Source of the DNA: an uncultured Bacilli bacterium
Lineage (GTDB): Bacteria; Bacillota_I; Bacilli_A; RFN20; CAG-826
Assembly: GCA_947625975.1 (NCBI GenBank)
Contig: CANQQL010000002.1
Location: 4,863 to 68,862 of the forward strand
DNA length: 64,000 bases
Direction of reading: 5' to 3'
Shown here: piece after piece, positions 1-9,779 of the stretch
Layout of the letters: the number at the start of each line of letters is the position of its first letter
Position numbering within the stretch: position 1 is the stretch's first letter
The notes under the pieces: model-generated
Seen by the model: only the letters and a program-made list of their open reading frames with translations
Databases searched by the model: none
What the model was told of the DNA's origin: nothing
Position numbers and translations under genes: made by a program

Positions 1-796
1 AATTTTTAAGTAAATCAGTTATAGGAATAAGACCTACTGATAAAAGCAAGACATCAACATCAAAATATTTTTCCGTACCTTTAATTGGTAATAAATTATC
101 ATCAACTTGACTCAATTCTATTTTTTCCAATTTTTCTTTTCCTATAACATTAGTCACAGTATGAGACAAATATAAAGGTATATCAAAATCATTTAAACAT
201 TGGACAATGTTTCGATTTAGTCCATTAGAGTAAGGCATTATCTCGGCAACTCCCAATACTTTGGCTCCTTCTAAAGTCATCCTACGCGCCATAATTAAGC
301 CGATGTCTCCCGATCCTAAAATAAATACTTTTTTACCCACTAGATAACCTTCAGCATTTAAGTATTTTTGGGCAGTTCCAGCAGTATAAATACCAACAGG
401 ACGATCACCCGCAAGCTGAATGGCTCCGGCATTTTTTTCATAACAACCCATTGCAAAAATTATGGTTTGGGCCTCTATTTCTTGAAATCCCTCCGATTCG
501 TTCGTATAAAACACATGCTTATCCTTTGTAACATTTGTAACCATTGTATTGAGTTTAACTTCTACATCAGTTTTTTTTATCATTTCGATAAATCGATAAG
601 CATATTCCGGCCCAGATAGTTGCTCTTTAAATTCATGAAGACCAAAACCATTATGAATACATTGATTCAAGATACCACCTAAAAAATCTTCTTTTTCAAT
701 AACTAAAATATTTTTTACGCCTAAGTCATAGCATTTTACAGCGGCTGATAAACCTGCTGAACCTCCACCAATAATGACAACATTGTATTTATTCAT
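1..796 (-). CDS. NAD(P)/FAD-dependent oxidoreductase (pyridine nucleotide-disulfide family), N-terminal part only; the gene runs off the left edge
   Basis: Not in the ORF track because no stop lies inside the window. My own minus-strand translation from the ATG at 796-794 gives MNKYNVVIIGGGSAGLSAAVKCYDLGVKNILVIEKEDFLGGILNQCIHNGFG, with a later second Rossmann motif KKVFILGSGDIGL. The start overlaps the upstream gene's stop by 8 nt (ATGAATAA). Confidence 0.75.
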   Translation of the reverse strand, partial: MNKYNVVIIGGGSAGLSAAVKCYDLGVKNILVIEKEDFLGGILNQCIHNGFGLHEFKEQLSGPEYAYRFIEMIKKTDVEVKLNTMVTNVTKDKHVFYTNESEGFQEIEAQTIIFAMGCYEKNAGAIQLAGDRPVGIYTAGTAQKYLNAEGYLVGKKVFILGSGDIGLIMARRMTLEGAKVLGVAEIMPYSNGLNRNIVQCLNDFDIPLYLSHTVTNVIGKEKLEKIELSQVDDNLLPIKGTEKYFDVDVLLLSVGLIPITDLLKN

Positions 797-2228
797 CAGT
801 ATCACCAGCTTTCGTTTTAAATTTTGCAACTTGTGTACCTAATTCATCATAATTGATTTCTGATAAATCAACCTTTAAATAATTTGCTAGTAGTTTAGCT
901 ACGAGAGGCTGACACATGCCCCCTTGGCATCGGCCAAAACCCGCCCTTACTCTCTTTTTTATCGCTTTGATAGAATGAGGTGGACAACTTCTTTCTAAAA
1001 CGTCAAGAATTTCTTGCTCAGAAACCCCTTCACATTTACAAATTATATGTCCATATTTCGGATTAGTTTTAATTAACTCTTTTCTCTCTTGACTTGAAAG
1101 CATATTAGGGTGAGGATATTTTTTTACACACGGATTATATTTTTGCTTGATGGTCAAGTGAATAATTTCTTGCACTAATTCATCCGCAATATATTTTCCT
1201 ATCGCTGGCGCACTTGCCAAACCGGGTGATTCAATACCAACAGCATTAATAAAGTGATTATTAACTTTTTCGATTATAAAATCATGTGTTGATGGGGTCG
1301 GTCTATTTCCAGCAAAAGTACGTATTGTCATATTAAAAGGAATATCTTTCATAATTAATAAAGCTTGTTCCCTTATTTGTTTTAAAGTCAATGCATCTGT
1401 CGAAAGATCATCCTTCTCATCGACAAATTCCGAAGAAGGTCCAACTAAATAATTCAGACTGGAAGTTGGTGTCATTAAAATTCCTTTTCCTTTTTCACTT
1501 GGCAATGGAAAAATAGGCATAGATAAGAAATTATTATCAAAATGATCTAAAACATAGTATTCACCTTTCCGAGCTTTAATATCGAAATGATGGGCTGTGA
1601 CAAAATCAGAAATAGTTTCCCCATTGATACCTGTGGCATTGATAATTATATTACCATCAAATTGATGATTCTTAGTAAAAATTCTATATCCATCTTTAAT
1701 TTGCTTAATATTAATTACTTCTTCGTTTAATGCTAAATTAACTCCATTGTCAATGGCATTTTCCATCGCATGCACAACTAAATTAAATGGATCAACAACT
1801 CCGGCAGTGGGGCAATATAACGCTCCACGTACCGCGTTATTCAAATTAGGAACCATTTGTTTAGCTTCTTTTTCATTTAATAATTTTACTTCAACGCCAT
1901 TTTCATGAGCTCGTTTTTCTAAATCTTTTAAAACAGTTAGTTGATCTTCGGAAATTGCCACAGTCAACGAACCGGTTTGAAGAAATTTAACATCAAGCTC
2001 TTCGCAGACTTTCTTATATTGTTTATTACCTAAAACATTAAATTTTGCTTTTAAAGTTCCTGGAACTGGATCATATCCGGAATGAACAATAGCAGAGTTT
2101 GCCATTGATGTCACATTTCCCACATCATTTTCCTTTTCCAAAATTAGAATATTTGCTTCATATTTTGCTAATTCTCTGGCAATAAATGAACCAATTACTC
2201 CCGCGCCAATAATTATTATATCGTACAT
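789..2228 (-). CDS. FAD-dependent oxidoreductase, glycerol-3-phosphate dehydrogenase-like (GlpA/LhgO family), with a C-terminal BFD-like [2Fe-2S] domain
   Basis: N-terminal IIIIGAGVIGSFIARELA dinucleotide fold. C-terminal Cys cluster CKCEGVSEQEI...GFGRCQGGMCQ. Translationally coupled to the downstream oxidoreductase. Confidence 0.8.
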   Translation of the reverse strand: MYDIIIIGAGVIGSFIARELAKYEANILILEKENDVGNVTSMANSAIVHSGYDPVPGTLKAKFNVLGNKQYKKVCEELDVKFLQTGSLTVAISEDQLTVLKDLEKRAHENGVEVKLLNEKEAKQMVPNLNNAVRGALYCPTAGVVDPFNLVVHAMENAIDNGVNLALNEEVINIKQIKDGYRIFTKNHQFDGNIIINATGINGETISDFVTAHHFDIKARKGEYYVLDHFDNNFLSMPIFPLPSEKGKGILMTPTSSLNYLVGPSSEFVDEKDDLSTDALTLKQIREQALLIMKDIPFNMTIRTFAGNRPTPSTHDFIIEKVNNHFINAVGIESPGLASAPAIGKYIADELVQEIIHLTIKQKYNPCVKKYPHPNMLSSQERKELIKTNPKYGHIICKCEGVSEQEILDVLERSCPPHSIKAIKKRVRAGFGRCQGGMCQPLVAKLLANYLKVDLSEINYDELGTQVAKFKTKAGDTDE

Positions 2229-2285
2229 CTAATATTTCTCCTTATTTCATAAACATTTTAACAATTATCTGACAGCAAATCAATT

Positions 2286-2308
2286 AAAAAAGCCTATAAA
2301 AATAGGCT
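2286..2308 (-). terminator. Rho-independent terminator downstream of the dapA-family gene
   Basis: AGCCTAT-aaaa-ATAGGCT hairpin (2291-2308), followed on the minus strand by a T-run (plus-strand A-run 2286-2290). Confidence 0.7.
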
Positions 2309-2324
2309 CTATATTTTAATAAAA

Positions 2325-3167
2325 TTAAATAATGTCCAACGCTCTTTCGCCCTCTCCGCTAAGTCTAACTAGCGGAAGGCGGAGATTCATACTTTTAAAT
2401 CCGCGTTTTGAAAGTAAATATTTAATCGGTATGGGATTAGTTTCATATGAAATTAACTCACCAATTAAATTTAGATAATCGATTAAAAGTTCATTGGAAA
2501 ATCCCTCTTCATAATCTTTTATTAATTGTAAATAGTCTTTGGCATATAAAATTGAGGATACGGAAATAATGCCATCTGCACCAGCCTTTAAAGCATTATA
2601 AAATCCTTTATCATTACCATAATATACTCGGAATTTGGGATAATTTTTTTTCAATAATCTAATTAAATTCATATCCCCGCTACATTCTTTTATACCGAGT
2701 AATTTGTCACTCAAATGTAAAAGCTTTTTAATTGTGTGATACTCAATAGAAACCCCACATCGACTTGGCACATTATAAATTATTATGGGATGAATACTAG
2801 TTTGTAAGAGCTTTTTATAATGTAAAAATATTCCTCTTTGTGGTGGTTTATTATAATATGGTAATGCTACTAAAATTGCATAAATTGGCAACTTATTTAA
2901 TTCTTTAATTTGTTCAATAGCTTTCTTTGTGCTATTTTCCACCACTCCTACAATAATTTTCAACTTTGAATTAGCAATTACAAAATTTATTAATTCTTTT
3001 TTTTCTTGTTGAGTAAGTGAAGATTCTTCTCCTGTTGTACCGGCCACTACTATCGCCTCATGGCCATTCATACTATAAATGTCTAATAATTTTTTTACTT
3101 CTTGATAATCTATTTGATCTTCATCAGTAAATGGTGTTACCATCGCACCAATTAGCTCTTTTTTCAT
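2325..3167 (-). CDS. dapA: 4-hydroxy-tetrahydrodipicolinate synthase family (DapA/NAL class I aldolase)
   Basis: GTTGE, YNVPSRCG and the Schiff-base lysine context GIKECSGD. 280 aa. Confidence 0.8.
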   Translation of the reverse strand: MKKELIGAMVTPFTDEDQIDYQEVKKLLDIYSMNGHEAIVVAGTTGEESSLTQQEKKELINFVIANSKLKIIVGVVENSTKKAIEQIKELNKLPIYAILVALPYYNKPPQRGIFLHYKKLLQTSIHPIIIYNVPSRCGVSIEYHTIKKLLHLSDKLLGIKECSGDMNLIRLLKKNYPKFRVYYGNDKGFYNALKAGADGIISVSSILYAKDYLQLIKDYEEGFSNELLIDYLNLIGELISYETNPIPIKYLLSKRGFKSMNLRLPLVRLSGEGERALDII

Positions 3168-3211
3168 ATGCCCACCTCAATATAACATATGATAGTAGCC
3201 TAGATTTGTTC

Positions 3212-3246
3212 AAAAAAATGACTGATAATTTACCAGTCATTTTTAT
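3212..3246. terminator. Bidirectional hairpin terminator between pnp and the dapA-family gene
   Basis: AAAAATGACTG-(9 nt)-CAGTCATTTTT, with an A-run on one side and a T-run on the other. Confidence 0.7.
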
Positions 3247-3252
3247 TATTAT

Positions 3253-5406
3253 TTATTCTTTCTTTGACTCTTCTTTTACTTCCGGAGCAGGTTTTGGTTC
3301 AAATTCTTTATGTGATAAATTGATACGTCCTTTTTCATCAATTTCTGTCACAATAACTTTAAGTTTTTGACCAATTTTTACAAAATCCTTTGGATGCTCA
3401 ATTCTTTTATGAGCGAGTTTTGAGACATGGACCATACCATCCACATCTCCAAACAAATTAACAAAACAACCAAATGATTCAATTCGTACAACTGTTCCTT
3501 CATAAATTTCGCCAACTTTTGCTTCACGTACTATATCTTCAATCATCTTTTGTGCTTTATTAATAGCTTCGCGATTCATATGATAAATGACTACACGTCC
3601 ATCATCTTCAATATCTATTTTAACATTATCGCACTTTGCAATAATGTCATTGATAACCTTGCCACCGGTCCCGATAACATCACGGATCTTATCAACATCA
3701 ATTTTCATTTGTGCAAGTTTTGGTGCATATTTACCAACATCTGGACGAGGTTCACTGATAGTGTTTTTAATAACTTTCATAATTTGTGCACGCGCGCCAT
3801 GAGCTTGTGCTAATGCTTCGCGTAAAACTTCTTTTGTAATACCTTTAATTTTTATATCCATTTGAAGAGCAGTAATACCATCATCAGTACCCGCTACTTT
3901 AAAGTCCATATCACCATAGTGATCTTCCATACCTTGAATATCTGTCAAAATTGTATATGGATGATTACCATCTAATGGCCCACTGGAAATTAATCCCATT
4001 GCTATACCGGCAACTGGAGCTTTAATTGGAACACCAGCAGCCATAAGAGCCATCGTGGAAGCGCAAATTGAAGCTTGTGAAGATGAACCATTTGATTCAA
4101 CAACTTCTGCTACACAACGAATTGTGTATGGAAATTCTTCTTCACTAGGAATAACGTATGATAACGCTCTTTCCCCTAAAGCACCGTGTCCAATTTCTCT
4201 TCGACCAGGTGTACCCATCCTACCAACTTCGCCGACTGAATAAGGAGGAAAATTATAGTGGTGCATCCAACGTTTTGATTCTTCATCCGTTAGGTTATCG
4301 ATAATTTGTTCATCTGCTTTCGGACCTAATGTACATACGGAAATTACTTGTGTTTGACCACGTGTAAACATGGCAGAACCATGCACTCTTGGTAACAAAT
4401 CGACTTGAGCATCAAGTGGACGAATTTCGTCAACCTTACGACCATCCGGTCTTATTTTTTCTTCGGTAATTAAGCGACGAACTTCTTCAGAAACAATAGT
4501 TTCTAAAACATCATGAACTTGCATCATAGTCTTAGCCTTGACTTTTTCATTTTCATAAGTCATTGCTTCGTATTTGTCATTAACTTCTTTGTTAATCATA
4601 TCGATTGCCGCATATCTTTCAAGTTTATCAACAATTGATACTGATTTTTTAAGTCGTGCTTCAGCTTGATTACGGACATCTCTATCTATAGCCTCATCGA
4701 CATGATATAAGTCAACCGATCTTTTTTCTTTACCGATTTCTTTAATGATATTTTTTTGAAAAGCACATAGCTTTTTAATAGCTTCATGCCCAAACATAAT
4801 AGCATCAAGCATATCTTCTTCACTAACTTCAGCTGCACCGGCTTCAACCATATTAATAGCTTCACTTGTACCAGCAACAGCCAAATTAATATCACTTTTT
4901 TCTTTTTGTTCAACTGATGGATTAATTATAAATTTTCCATCAACACGTCCCACATAAACCCCGGCAATTGGGCCATCAAACGGAATATCAGAAATTGATA
5001 AGGCAAGTGATGCACCAAACATTGCTGTCATCTCTGGAGTTGAATCTAAGTCAACAGACATTACAGTGTTTACTACTTGAACTTCATTACGGAATCCCTC
5101 TGAAAACATCGGACGGATTGGACGGTCAATTAAACGCGCAGTTAAAGTTGCGTGTTCACCAGGACGACCTTCTCTTCTTAAAAAACTTCCTGGAATTTTT
5201 CCTACTGCATATTGCTTTTCCTCATAACCAACAGTTAAAGGAAAGAAATCAGTATCTTTGGCTTCATCAGAAGCACATGCTGTGGATAAAACTACGGTAT
5301 CATTCAAGCGCACTAAAACAGCACCATCAGCTTGCTTAGCAATTTCGCCTGCTTCAACGATCAGTTTTTTACCTTCGAAATCTAATTCGAAAACCTTTTT
5401 TCCCAT
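3253..5406 (-). CDS. pnp: Polyribonucleotide nucleotidyltransferase (PNPase)
   Basis: Two RNase PH domains plus KH and S1 domains ([21 protein letters not shown]; C-terminal S1 [14 protein letters not shown]). I place the start at [10 protein letters not shown], with an AAGGAG RBS 7 nt upstream. The track start at 5481 is an unsupported N-terminal extension. Confidence 0.97.
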   Translation of the reverse strand: MGKKVFELDFEGKKLIVEAGEIAKQADGAVLVRLNDTVVLSTACASDEAKDTDFFPLTVGYEEKQYAVGKIPGSFLRREGRPGEHATLTARLIDRPIRPMFSEGFRNEVQVVNTVMSVDLDSTPEMTAMFGASLALSISDIPFDGPIAGVYVGRVDGKFIINPSVEQKEKSDINLAVAGTSEAINMVEAGAAEVSEEDMLDAIMFGHEAIKKLCAFQKNIIKEIGKEKRSVDLYHVDEAIDRDVRNQAEARLKKSVSIVDKLERYAAIDMINKEVNDKYEAMTYENEKVKAKTMMQVHDVLETIVSEEVRRLITEEKIRPDGRKVDEIRPLDAQVDLLPRVHGSAMFTRGQTQVISVCTLGPKADEQIIDNLTDEESKRWMHHYNFPPYSVGEVGRMGTPGRREIGHGALGERALSYVIPSEEEFPYTIRCVAEVVESNGSSSQASICASTMALMAAGVPIKAPVAGIAMGLISSGPLDGNHPYTILTDIQGMEDHYGDMDFKVAGTDDGITALQMDIKIKGITKEVLREALAQAHGARAQIMKVIKNTISEPRPDVGKYAPKLAQMKIDVDKIRDVIGTGGKVINDIIAKCDNVKIDIEDDGRVVIYHMNREAINKAQKMIEDIVREAKVGEIYEGTVVRIESFGCFVNLFGDVDGMVHVSKLAHKRIEHPKDFVKIGQKLKVIVTEIDEKGRINLSHKEFEPKPAPEVKEESKKE

Positions 5407-5550
5407 TTTAAAACTCCTTTTATTATTTTTAACTTTGTTATTATAGCATAATAAATTATTTATTATCAAAATTTTAATCAATTTCGCAAATTTAAAATTT
5501 ATTTATCTAAAATACTAAATATGCTATTATTTATTTATGGAGATGATAGT

Positions 5551-6543
5551 ATGTTGAATCCGCATATTGCTATTGATTTAGGAACATGTAACACCATAGT
5601 CTATATCAATCACAAAGGCATTATCTTTAATGAGCCTACTGTCATTGCCATAAATGAAACTAATAAAAACACTTATGCAATTGGCTATGAGGCCGCAAAA
5701 TTAATTGGGCGTACGCCTCAAGGAATAAAAATCATCCATCCTTTAAAAAACGGTGTAATTGCTGATTTAGAAGCTACAATAAAATTTATTTCTACAATTT
5801 TTCAATTAACTAAGAATAAACGGTCATTAAGAAAAGCAAAAATAATTATTACTGCTCCAAGTGAATTAACTCCTGTTGAAGAAAATGCCATCAAACAATT
5901 AGCAAAAAAATTAGGGGTCTCAAAACTGTTAATTGAAAATAAAGCAAAAATGGCGGCAATTGGTTCAGATTTAGATGTCAATTCATCTAAAGGTTCGATG
6001 ATTGTGGATGTTGGAGGTGGAACTACCGATGTTGTGGTTCTTTCCGTTGGAAAAGTCGTGGTTTCAAAATCCATTCCCAATGCCGGTTTACTGATAGATG
6101 AAGCGATTATTCGCTACATGCGTGCTACCCATAATATAATGATTGGCGAAAAAAATGCCGAATATATCAAAATGAAAATTGGCTCCGTTGGAACAAATTA
6201 TGAGAATCGCCTATTACAAATCAGCGGTGTCAGCATCGAAACATCTTTACCTCACTCGGTCATCATTACCACACAAGCAATAAGCGAAGTAATTAATCCT
6301 ATTGTTAACGATATTATTGATTGTGTGCGTGATATCTTGTTCATCACTCCGCCGGAACTTGCTGGGGATATTGTAGAAAACGGCATATCACTTACTGGCG
6401 GAATCGCTCTTTTAACTGGTCTACGCGAAACACTTGAAAAAGCGTTAAATGTGCCTGTTCGACTGACTGCAGATCCCTTGCTTTCAACTATTGAAGGATG
6501 CCGTTTATCATTAAAAACATTTAAAAATGCTCTAAATCACTAG
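5551..6543 (+). CDS. mreB: Rod shape-determining protein MreB (actin-like ATPase)
   Basis: IAIDLGTCNT phosphate-1 motif and DVGGGTTDV phosphate-2 motif. GGAGA RBS before the ATG at 5551. Confidence 0.9.
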   Translation: MLNPHIAIDLGTCNTIVYINHKGIIFNEPTVIAINETNKNTYAIGYEAAKLIGRTPQGIKIIHPLKNGVIADLEATIKFISTIFQLTKNKRSLRKAKIIITAPSELTPVEENAIKQLAKKLGVSKLLIENKAKMAAIGSDLDVNSSKGSMIVDVGGGTTDVVVLSVGKVVVSKSIPNAGLLIDEAIIRYMRATHNIMIGEKNAEYIKMKIGSVGTNYENRLLQISGVSIETSLPHSVIITTQAISEVINPIVNDIIDCVRDILFITPPELAGDIVENGISLTGGIALLTGLRETLEKALNVPVRLTADPLLSTIEGCRLSLKTFKNALNH

Positions 6544-6558
6544 AGCATTTTATTTTTT
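6524..6558 (+). terminator. Terminator overlapping the mreB stop codon
   Basis: AAAATGCTCTA-aatcac-TAGAGCATTTT (11-bp stem), followed by ATTTTTT. Confidence 0.75.
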
Positions 6559-6573
6559 ACTATCAATAATAAT

Positions 6574-7209
6574 TTATTTCTTTGCCGCGTCTTTAAATAT
6601 TTTTAATCCTGCATCGGTTAAAGGATGCTTAACCATTTTTTCTAAAACCGCAAAGGGAATCGTAGCAATATCCGCACCTGCTAATGCTGCTTGTTCCACA
6701 TGAGATAAATTTCTAATTGATGCCGCGATAACTTGTGTTTCATAGCCATAGTTATTAATCATCGTCATAATTTTTTCAATTAATTCCGCTCCGGAATCTC
6801 CGGCATCATCAACTCTTCCCATAAACGGAGAAATATATGTAGCACCTGCTTCACAAGCCATTAGGGCTTGATGAACGGAAAATACTAAGGTAACATTTGT
6901 CTTAATGCCTAATTTTGTCAACTCAGCACAGGCCTCTATACCATCAATTGTCATTGGTAATTTAATAACAATATTTCGATGAATTTTTGCTAATTCTTTA
7001 GCTTGCTCTACCATTTCATTTGCTGATGCTTCCGCTACTTCCGCAGAGATTGGCCCATCAATTAAATCAGAAATTTCTTTTACAACATCTTCTAATTTTC
7101 TTCCTTCTTTGGCTATCAAAGATGGATTCGTTGTAGCCCCCGAAATACACCCCCACTTAGCCGCAATACGAATGTGTTCAATGTTTGCAGTGTCAATAAA
7201 TAATTTCAT
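6574..7209 (-). CDS. tal: Fructose-6-phosphate aldolase / short transaldolase (class 3B)
   Basis: [13 protein letters not shown]...GATTNPSL...VIKLP, 211 aa. 4-nt overlap with ppa. Confidence 0.9.
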   Translation of the reverse strand: MKLFIDTANIEHIRIAAKWGCISGATTNPSLIAKEGRKLEDVVKEISDLIDGPISAEVAEASANEMVEQAKELAKIHRNIVIKLPMTIDGIEACAELTKLGIKTNVTLVFSVHQALMACEAGATYISPFMGRVDDAGDSGAELIEKIMTMINNYGYETQVIAASIRNLSHVEQAALAGADIATIPFAVLEKMVKHPLTDAGLKIFKDAAKK

Positions 7210-7748
7210 AAATGTTCTTTCCCTCCAAATTTATCTTGATAATTTTTTATACATTTTTGAATAACTTTAATAGCCACGTCTCGTCCTTCAACTTCATTAA
7301 CAATGGTGTCTTTATTTTCTAAAGTTTTATAGACAGCAAAGAAATGCTTTATTTCTTCAGAAATATGAGCTGGCAAGTCTTTGATGTCTTTATACATATT
7401 ATAAAATGGATCATGTTCACAAATGGCAATAATCTTTTCATCATATTCGCCATTATCAATCATTTTGACAACACCAATCGGATAGCATTCAACTAACGCT
7501 AATGGGGTAATTGATTCAGAGCACAAAATCAAAGCATCCAAAGGATCATTATCTCCCGCATAAGTTAAAGGAATAAAGCCATAATTTTGAGGATAGTGCG
7601 TGGAAGTAAATAAAATTCTGTCTAATCTTAACGCACCTGTTTCTTTATCCAGTTCGTATTTGTTTTTACTTCCCTTTGGAATTTCTATACAGGCCAAAAA
7701 TTTTTCAGGAGTAATTCTTTTAGTTGATACATTATGCCATATGTTCAT
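7206..7748 (-). CDS. ppa: Inorganic pyrophosphatase, family I
   Basis: [18 protein letters not shown] and DEKIIA motifs. 180 aa. Confidence 0.92.
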   Translation of the reverse strand: MNIWHNVSTKRITPEKFLACIEIPKGSKNKYELDKETGALRLDRILFTSTHYPQNYGFIPLTYAGDNDPLDALILCSESITPLALVECYPIGVVKMIDNGEYDEKIIAICEHDPFYNMYKDIKDLPAHISEEIKHFFAVYKTLENKDTIVNEVEGRDVAIKVIQKCIKNYQDKFGGKEHL

Positions 7749-7842
7749 AAAAACACCTCTTTCCTCTTAAAGTTTATCATAAATTAAACTTTTATTATAT
7801 ATTTTGCAAATAATTAATCATTATTGCATTTTAAAATAGTTA

Positions 7843-9636
7843 TTATTCTATGCGTTCAAAATCCATAGCTCCATGTTTACAAAGTGGACACACATAATCT
7901 TCCGGCAGTTCTTCTCCTTCATAAACAAATCCGCATATTTTACAAACCCATCCTTTTTTTGATTCAACTTTTGGCTTTGGTTTAACATTATCAAAATAAT
8001 AATCATAGGTCATTGTCGGCTTATTTGAAATAACTCTTGCTTCTGTAATAGAGCAAATAAACATTCCATGAGTTCCTAAATCAATATAATTCTCAACACT
8101 TAATGACATAAATGCATTGATGTATTTAGGCAAAAACACTAAGCCGTTGTCACTTCTTAATATCTCTTGGTTTTTAAACTTATCGACATTTCGGCCACTT
8201 TGAAAACCGAATTGCTGAAAAATAAAGAAAGGTGCTTCGGTAGATAAGCAACAAACATTTAATTTACCGGTTTGCTTTATTACATGATGAGAATAATTTT
8301 CTTTATTAATCGTGACCGCAATTCTATTTGGATTATTGGTAACTTGAACAATAGAATTCACAATTAGACCATTATCTTTTCTACCATCATTACTGGTGAC
8401 TACATATAATCCATAGCCAATTTTAAACAGGGCAGTCAAATCTTGCTTGTTGGCAAGTTTCTCATCTTTGGCAGCGTAATCTTTACATAACTCTTCGGCC
8501 ATTAATTCAAGTTGATTTAAACTTTTTTCATTTAAATTAGACATGATAGTAACGTTATTTGTGAGATAGGTAAGATTTTTGGCTACTGCTAATTTGTTTT
8601 GCATTACCCGAATAGCAGTAGGAGCCCATGTTCCATTTTCAATAAAGCCTACAATTTTATTTTGGAATCCATGCTCGACCAGGCGATTAATAAAATCAGA
8701 CATGAATGGGAATATTTCCGAATTATAGGTTGTCGTTGCAAATATTACTTTTTCGTATCTAAAAGCATCTTCTAAAGCTTCGGCCATATCTGTTCTAGCC
8801 AAATCTTGAAGAACAACTTTCGGACACCCTTTGGCTTTAAGCTTTTTTTCAAGTTCCAGAACAGCTTCTTTGGTATGCCCGTAAACCGAAGTATAAGCAA
8901 TAACCACACCTTCCGATTCCGGCAAATATTTAGACCAAAGGTTATATAAGTTAATATAGTAACCTAAATTTTCTGTTAAAATTGGTCCATGCAAAGGACA
9001 AATGGTTTTTATATCAAGTTTTCCCACTGTTTCTAATAATTTTTGGACTTGCACTCCATATTTGCCAACTATTCCAAAATAATATCTACGCGCCTCACAA
9101 GCCCACTCTTCTTCTACATCCAGTGCTCCAAATTTACCAAAGCCATCTGCAGAGAATAAAACTTTGGAAAAACTATCATAGGTAACCATGACTTCCGGCC
9201 AATGCACCATAGGAGCAAAAACAAAGGTAAGTTCATGTGCACCAAGTGGTAATTTTGCCCCATTTTCTATTACAAGGCGATTTTTAAATTCTACATTTGG
9301 GAAAAAATTTTCCAACATTTGAAAGGTCTTGACATTACCTACCAAAATAGTATTTGGATATCGTTCCATCAGTTTAGCAATATTTGCCGAATGATCCGGT
9401 TCCATATGTTGAATAATAAAATAATAAGGTTCTTTGTCTTTAAGCACTTCTTCAATATTGTCCAGCCATTGATGAGTAAATTTAATATCGACACTATCCA
9501 TGACTGCAATTCTTTCATCCATAATGACATATGAATTATACGCCATGCCATTAGGTACAATATACTGTCCTTCAAATAAATCAATTTCGTGGTCATTTAC
9601 ACCAACATAATAAATATCAGATGCAACTTTTTTCAT
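7843..9636 (-). CDS. Multidomain flavodiiron protein: FDP core + flavin-reductase-like domain + rubredoxin
   Basis: Diiron motif HMEPDHS; flavodoxin-like middle; flavin-reductase-like LYVVTSNDGRKDNGLIVNS; C-terminal rubredoxin CKICGFVY...CPLCKHG. AAGGAG RBS. Confidence 0.88.
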   Translation of the reverse strand: MKKVASDIYYVGVNDHEIDLFEGQYIVPNGMAYNSYVIMDERIAVMDSVDIKFTHQWLDNIEEVLKDKEPYYFIIQHMEPDHSANIAKLMERYPNTILVGNVKTFQMLENFFPNVEFKNRLVIENGAKLPLGAHELTFVFAPMVHWPEVMVTYDSFSKVLFSADGFGKFGALDVEEEWACEARRYYFGIVGKYGVQVQKLLETVGKLDIKTICPLHGPILTENLGYYINLYNLWSKYLPESEGVVIAYTSVYGHTKEAVLELEKKLKAKGCPKVVLQDLARTDMAEALEDAFRYEKVIFATTTYNSEIFPFMSDFINRLVEHGFQNKIVGFIENGTWAPTAIRVMQNKLAVAKNLTYLTNNVTIMSNLNEKSLNQLELMAEELCKDYAAKDEKLANKQDLTALFKIGYGLYVVTSNDGRKDNGLIVNSIVQVTNNPNRIAVTINKENYSHHVIKQTGKLNVCCLSTEAPFFIFQQFGFQSGRNVDKFKNQEILRSDNGLVFLPKYINAFMSLSVENYIDLGTHGMFICSITEARVISNKPTMTYDYYFDNVKPKPKVESKKGWVCKICGFVYEGEELPEDYVCPLCKHGAMDFERIE

Positions 9637-9666
9637 AATAATCTCCTTTTTATTTGAAACAAGAGT

Positions 9667-9695
9667 ATTATAATACTACAAAGCTATTTTTTGAA
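9667..9695 (-). promoter_or_regulatory. Candidate sigma-A promoter of the flavodiiron gene, embedded in a 14-bp perfect palindrome
   Basis: On the minus strand: -35 TTCAAA (9690-9695), a 17-nt spacer, then -10 TATAAT (9667-9672). The -10 lies inside the palindrome AGTATTATAATACT (9664-9677). Confidence 0.4.
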
Positions 9696-9779
9696 AGAGA
9701 AATGCTCATTAAAATCATTTTTTTTATTTAAATAAAAGAAGTATAATGAGTTTATAATAAGGTAAAGGAGAGATAAGCA

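Noticed and set aside
368-619. 83-aa plus-strand ORF from the track
   Set aside because: It lies antisense inside the well-supported partial oxidoreductase gene (1-796, minus strand). It has a low-complexity composition and no RBS.
3131-5446. Several plus-strand ORFs (3131-3370, 3550-3813, 3587-3802, 4055-4243, 4968-5339, 5258-5446) and a minus-strand ORF (4686-4913) within the pnp region
   Set aside because: All overlap the highly conserved PNPase reading frame, either in other frames or antisense. They are typical shadow ORFs of a relatively GC-richer gene.
5407-5481. N-terminal extensions in the track ORFs (pnp from 5481, mreB from 5521, udk-like from 10680, GT-C from 12505, SBP from 27076, HMA from 32652, mrp from 43836, flavin reductase from 60490, esterase 2 from 54551, ABC ATPase from 16523)
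   Set aside because: In each case an internal ATG is preceded at 5-9 nt by a clear GGAG-type RBS and matches the family's usual N-terminus. The longer versions start at TTG, GTG or unsupported ATG codons.
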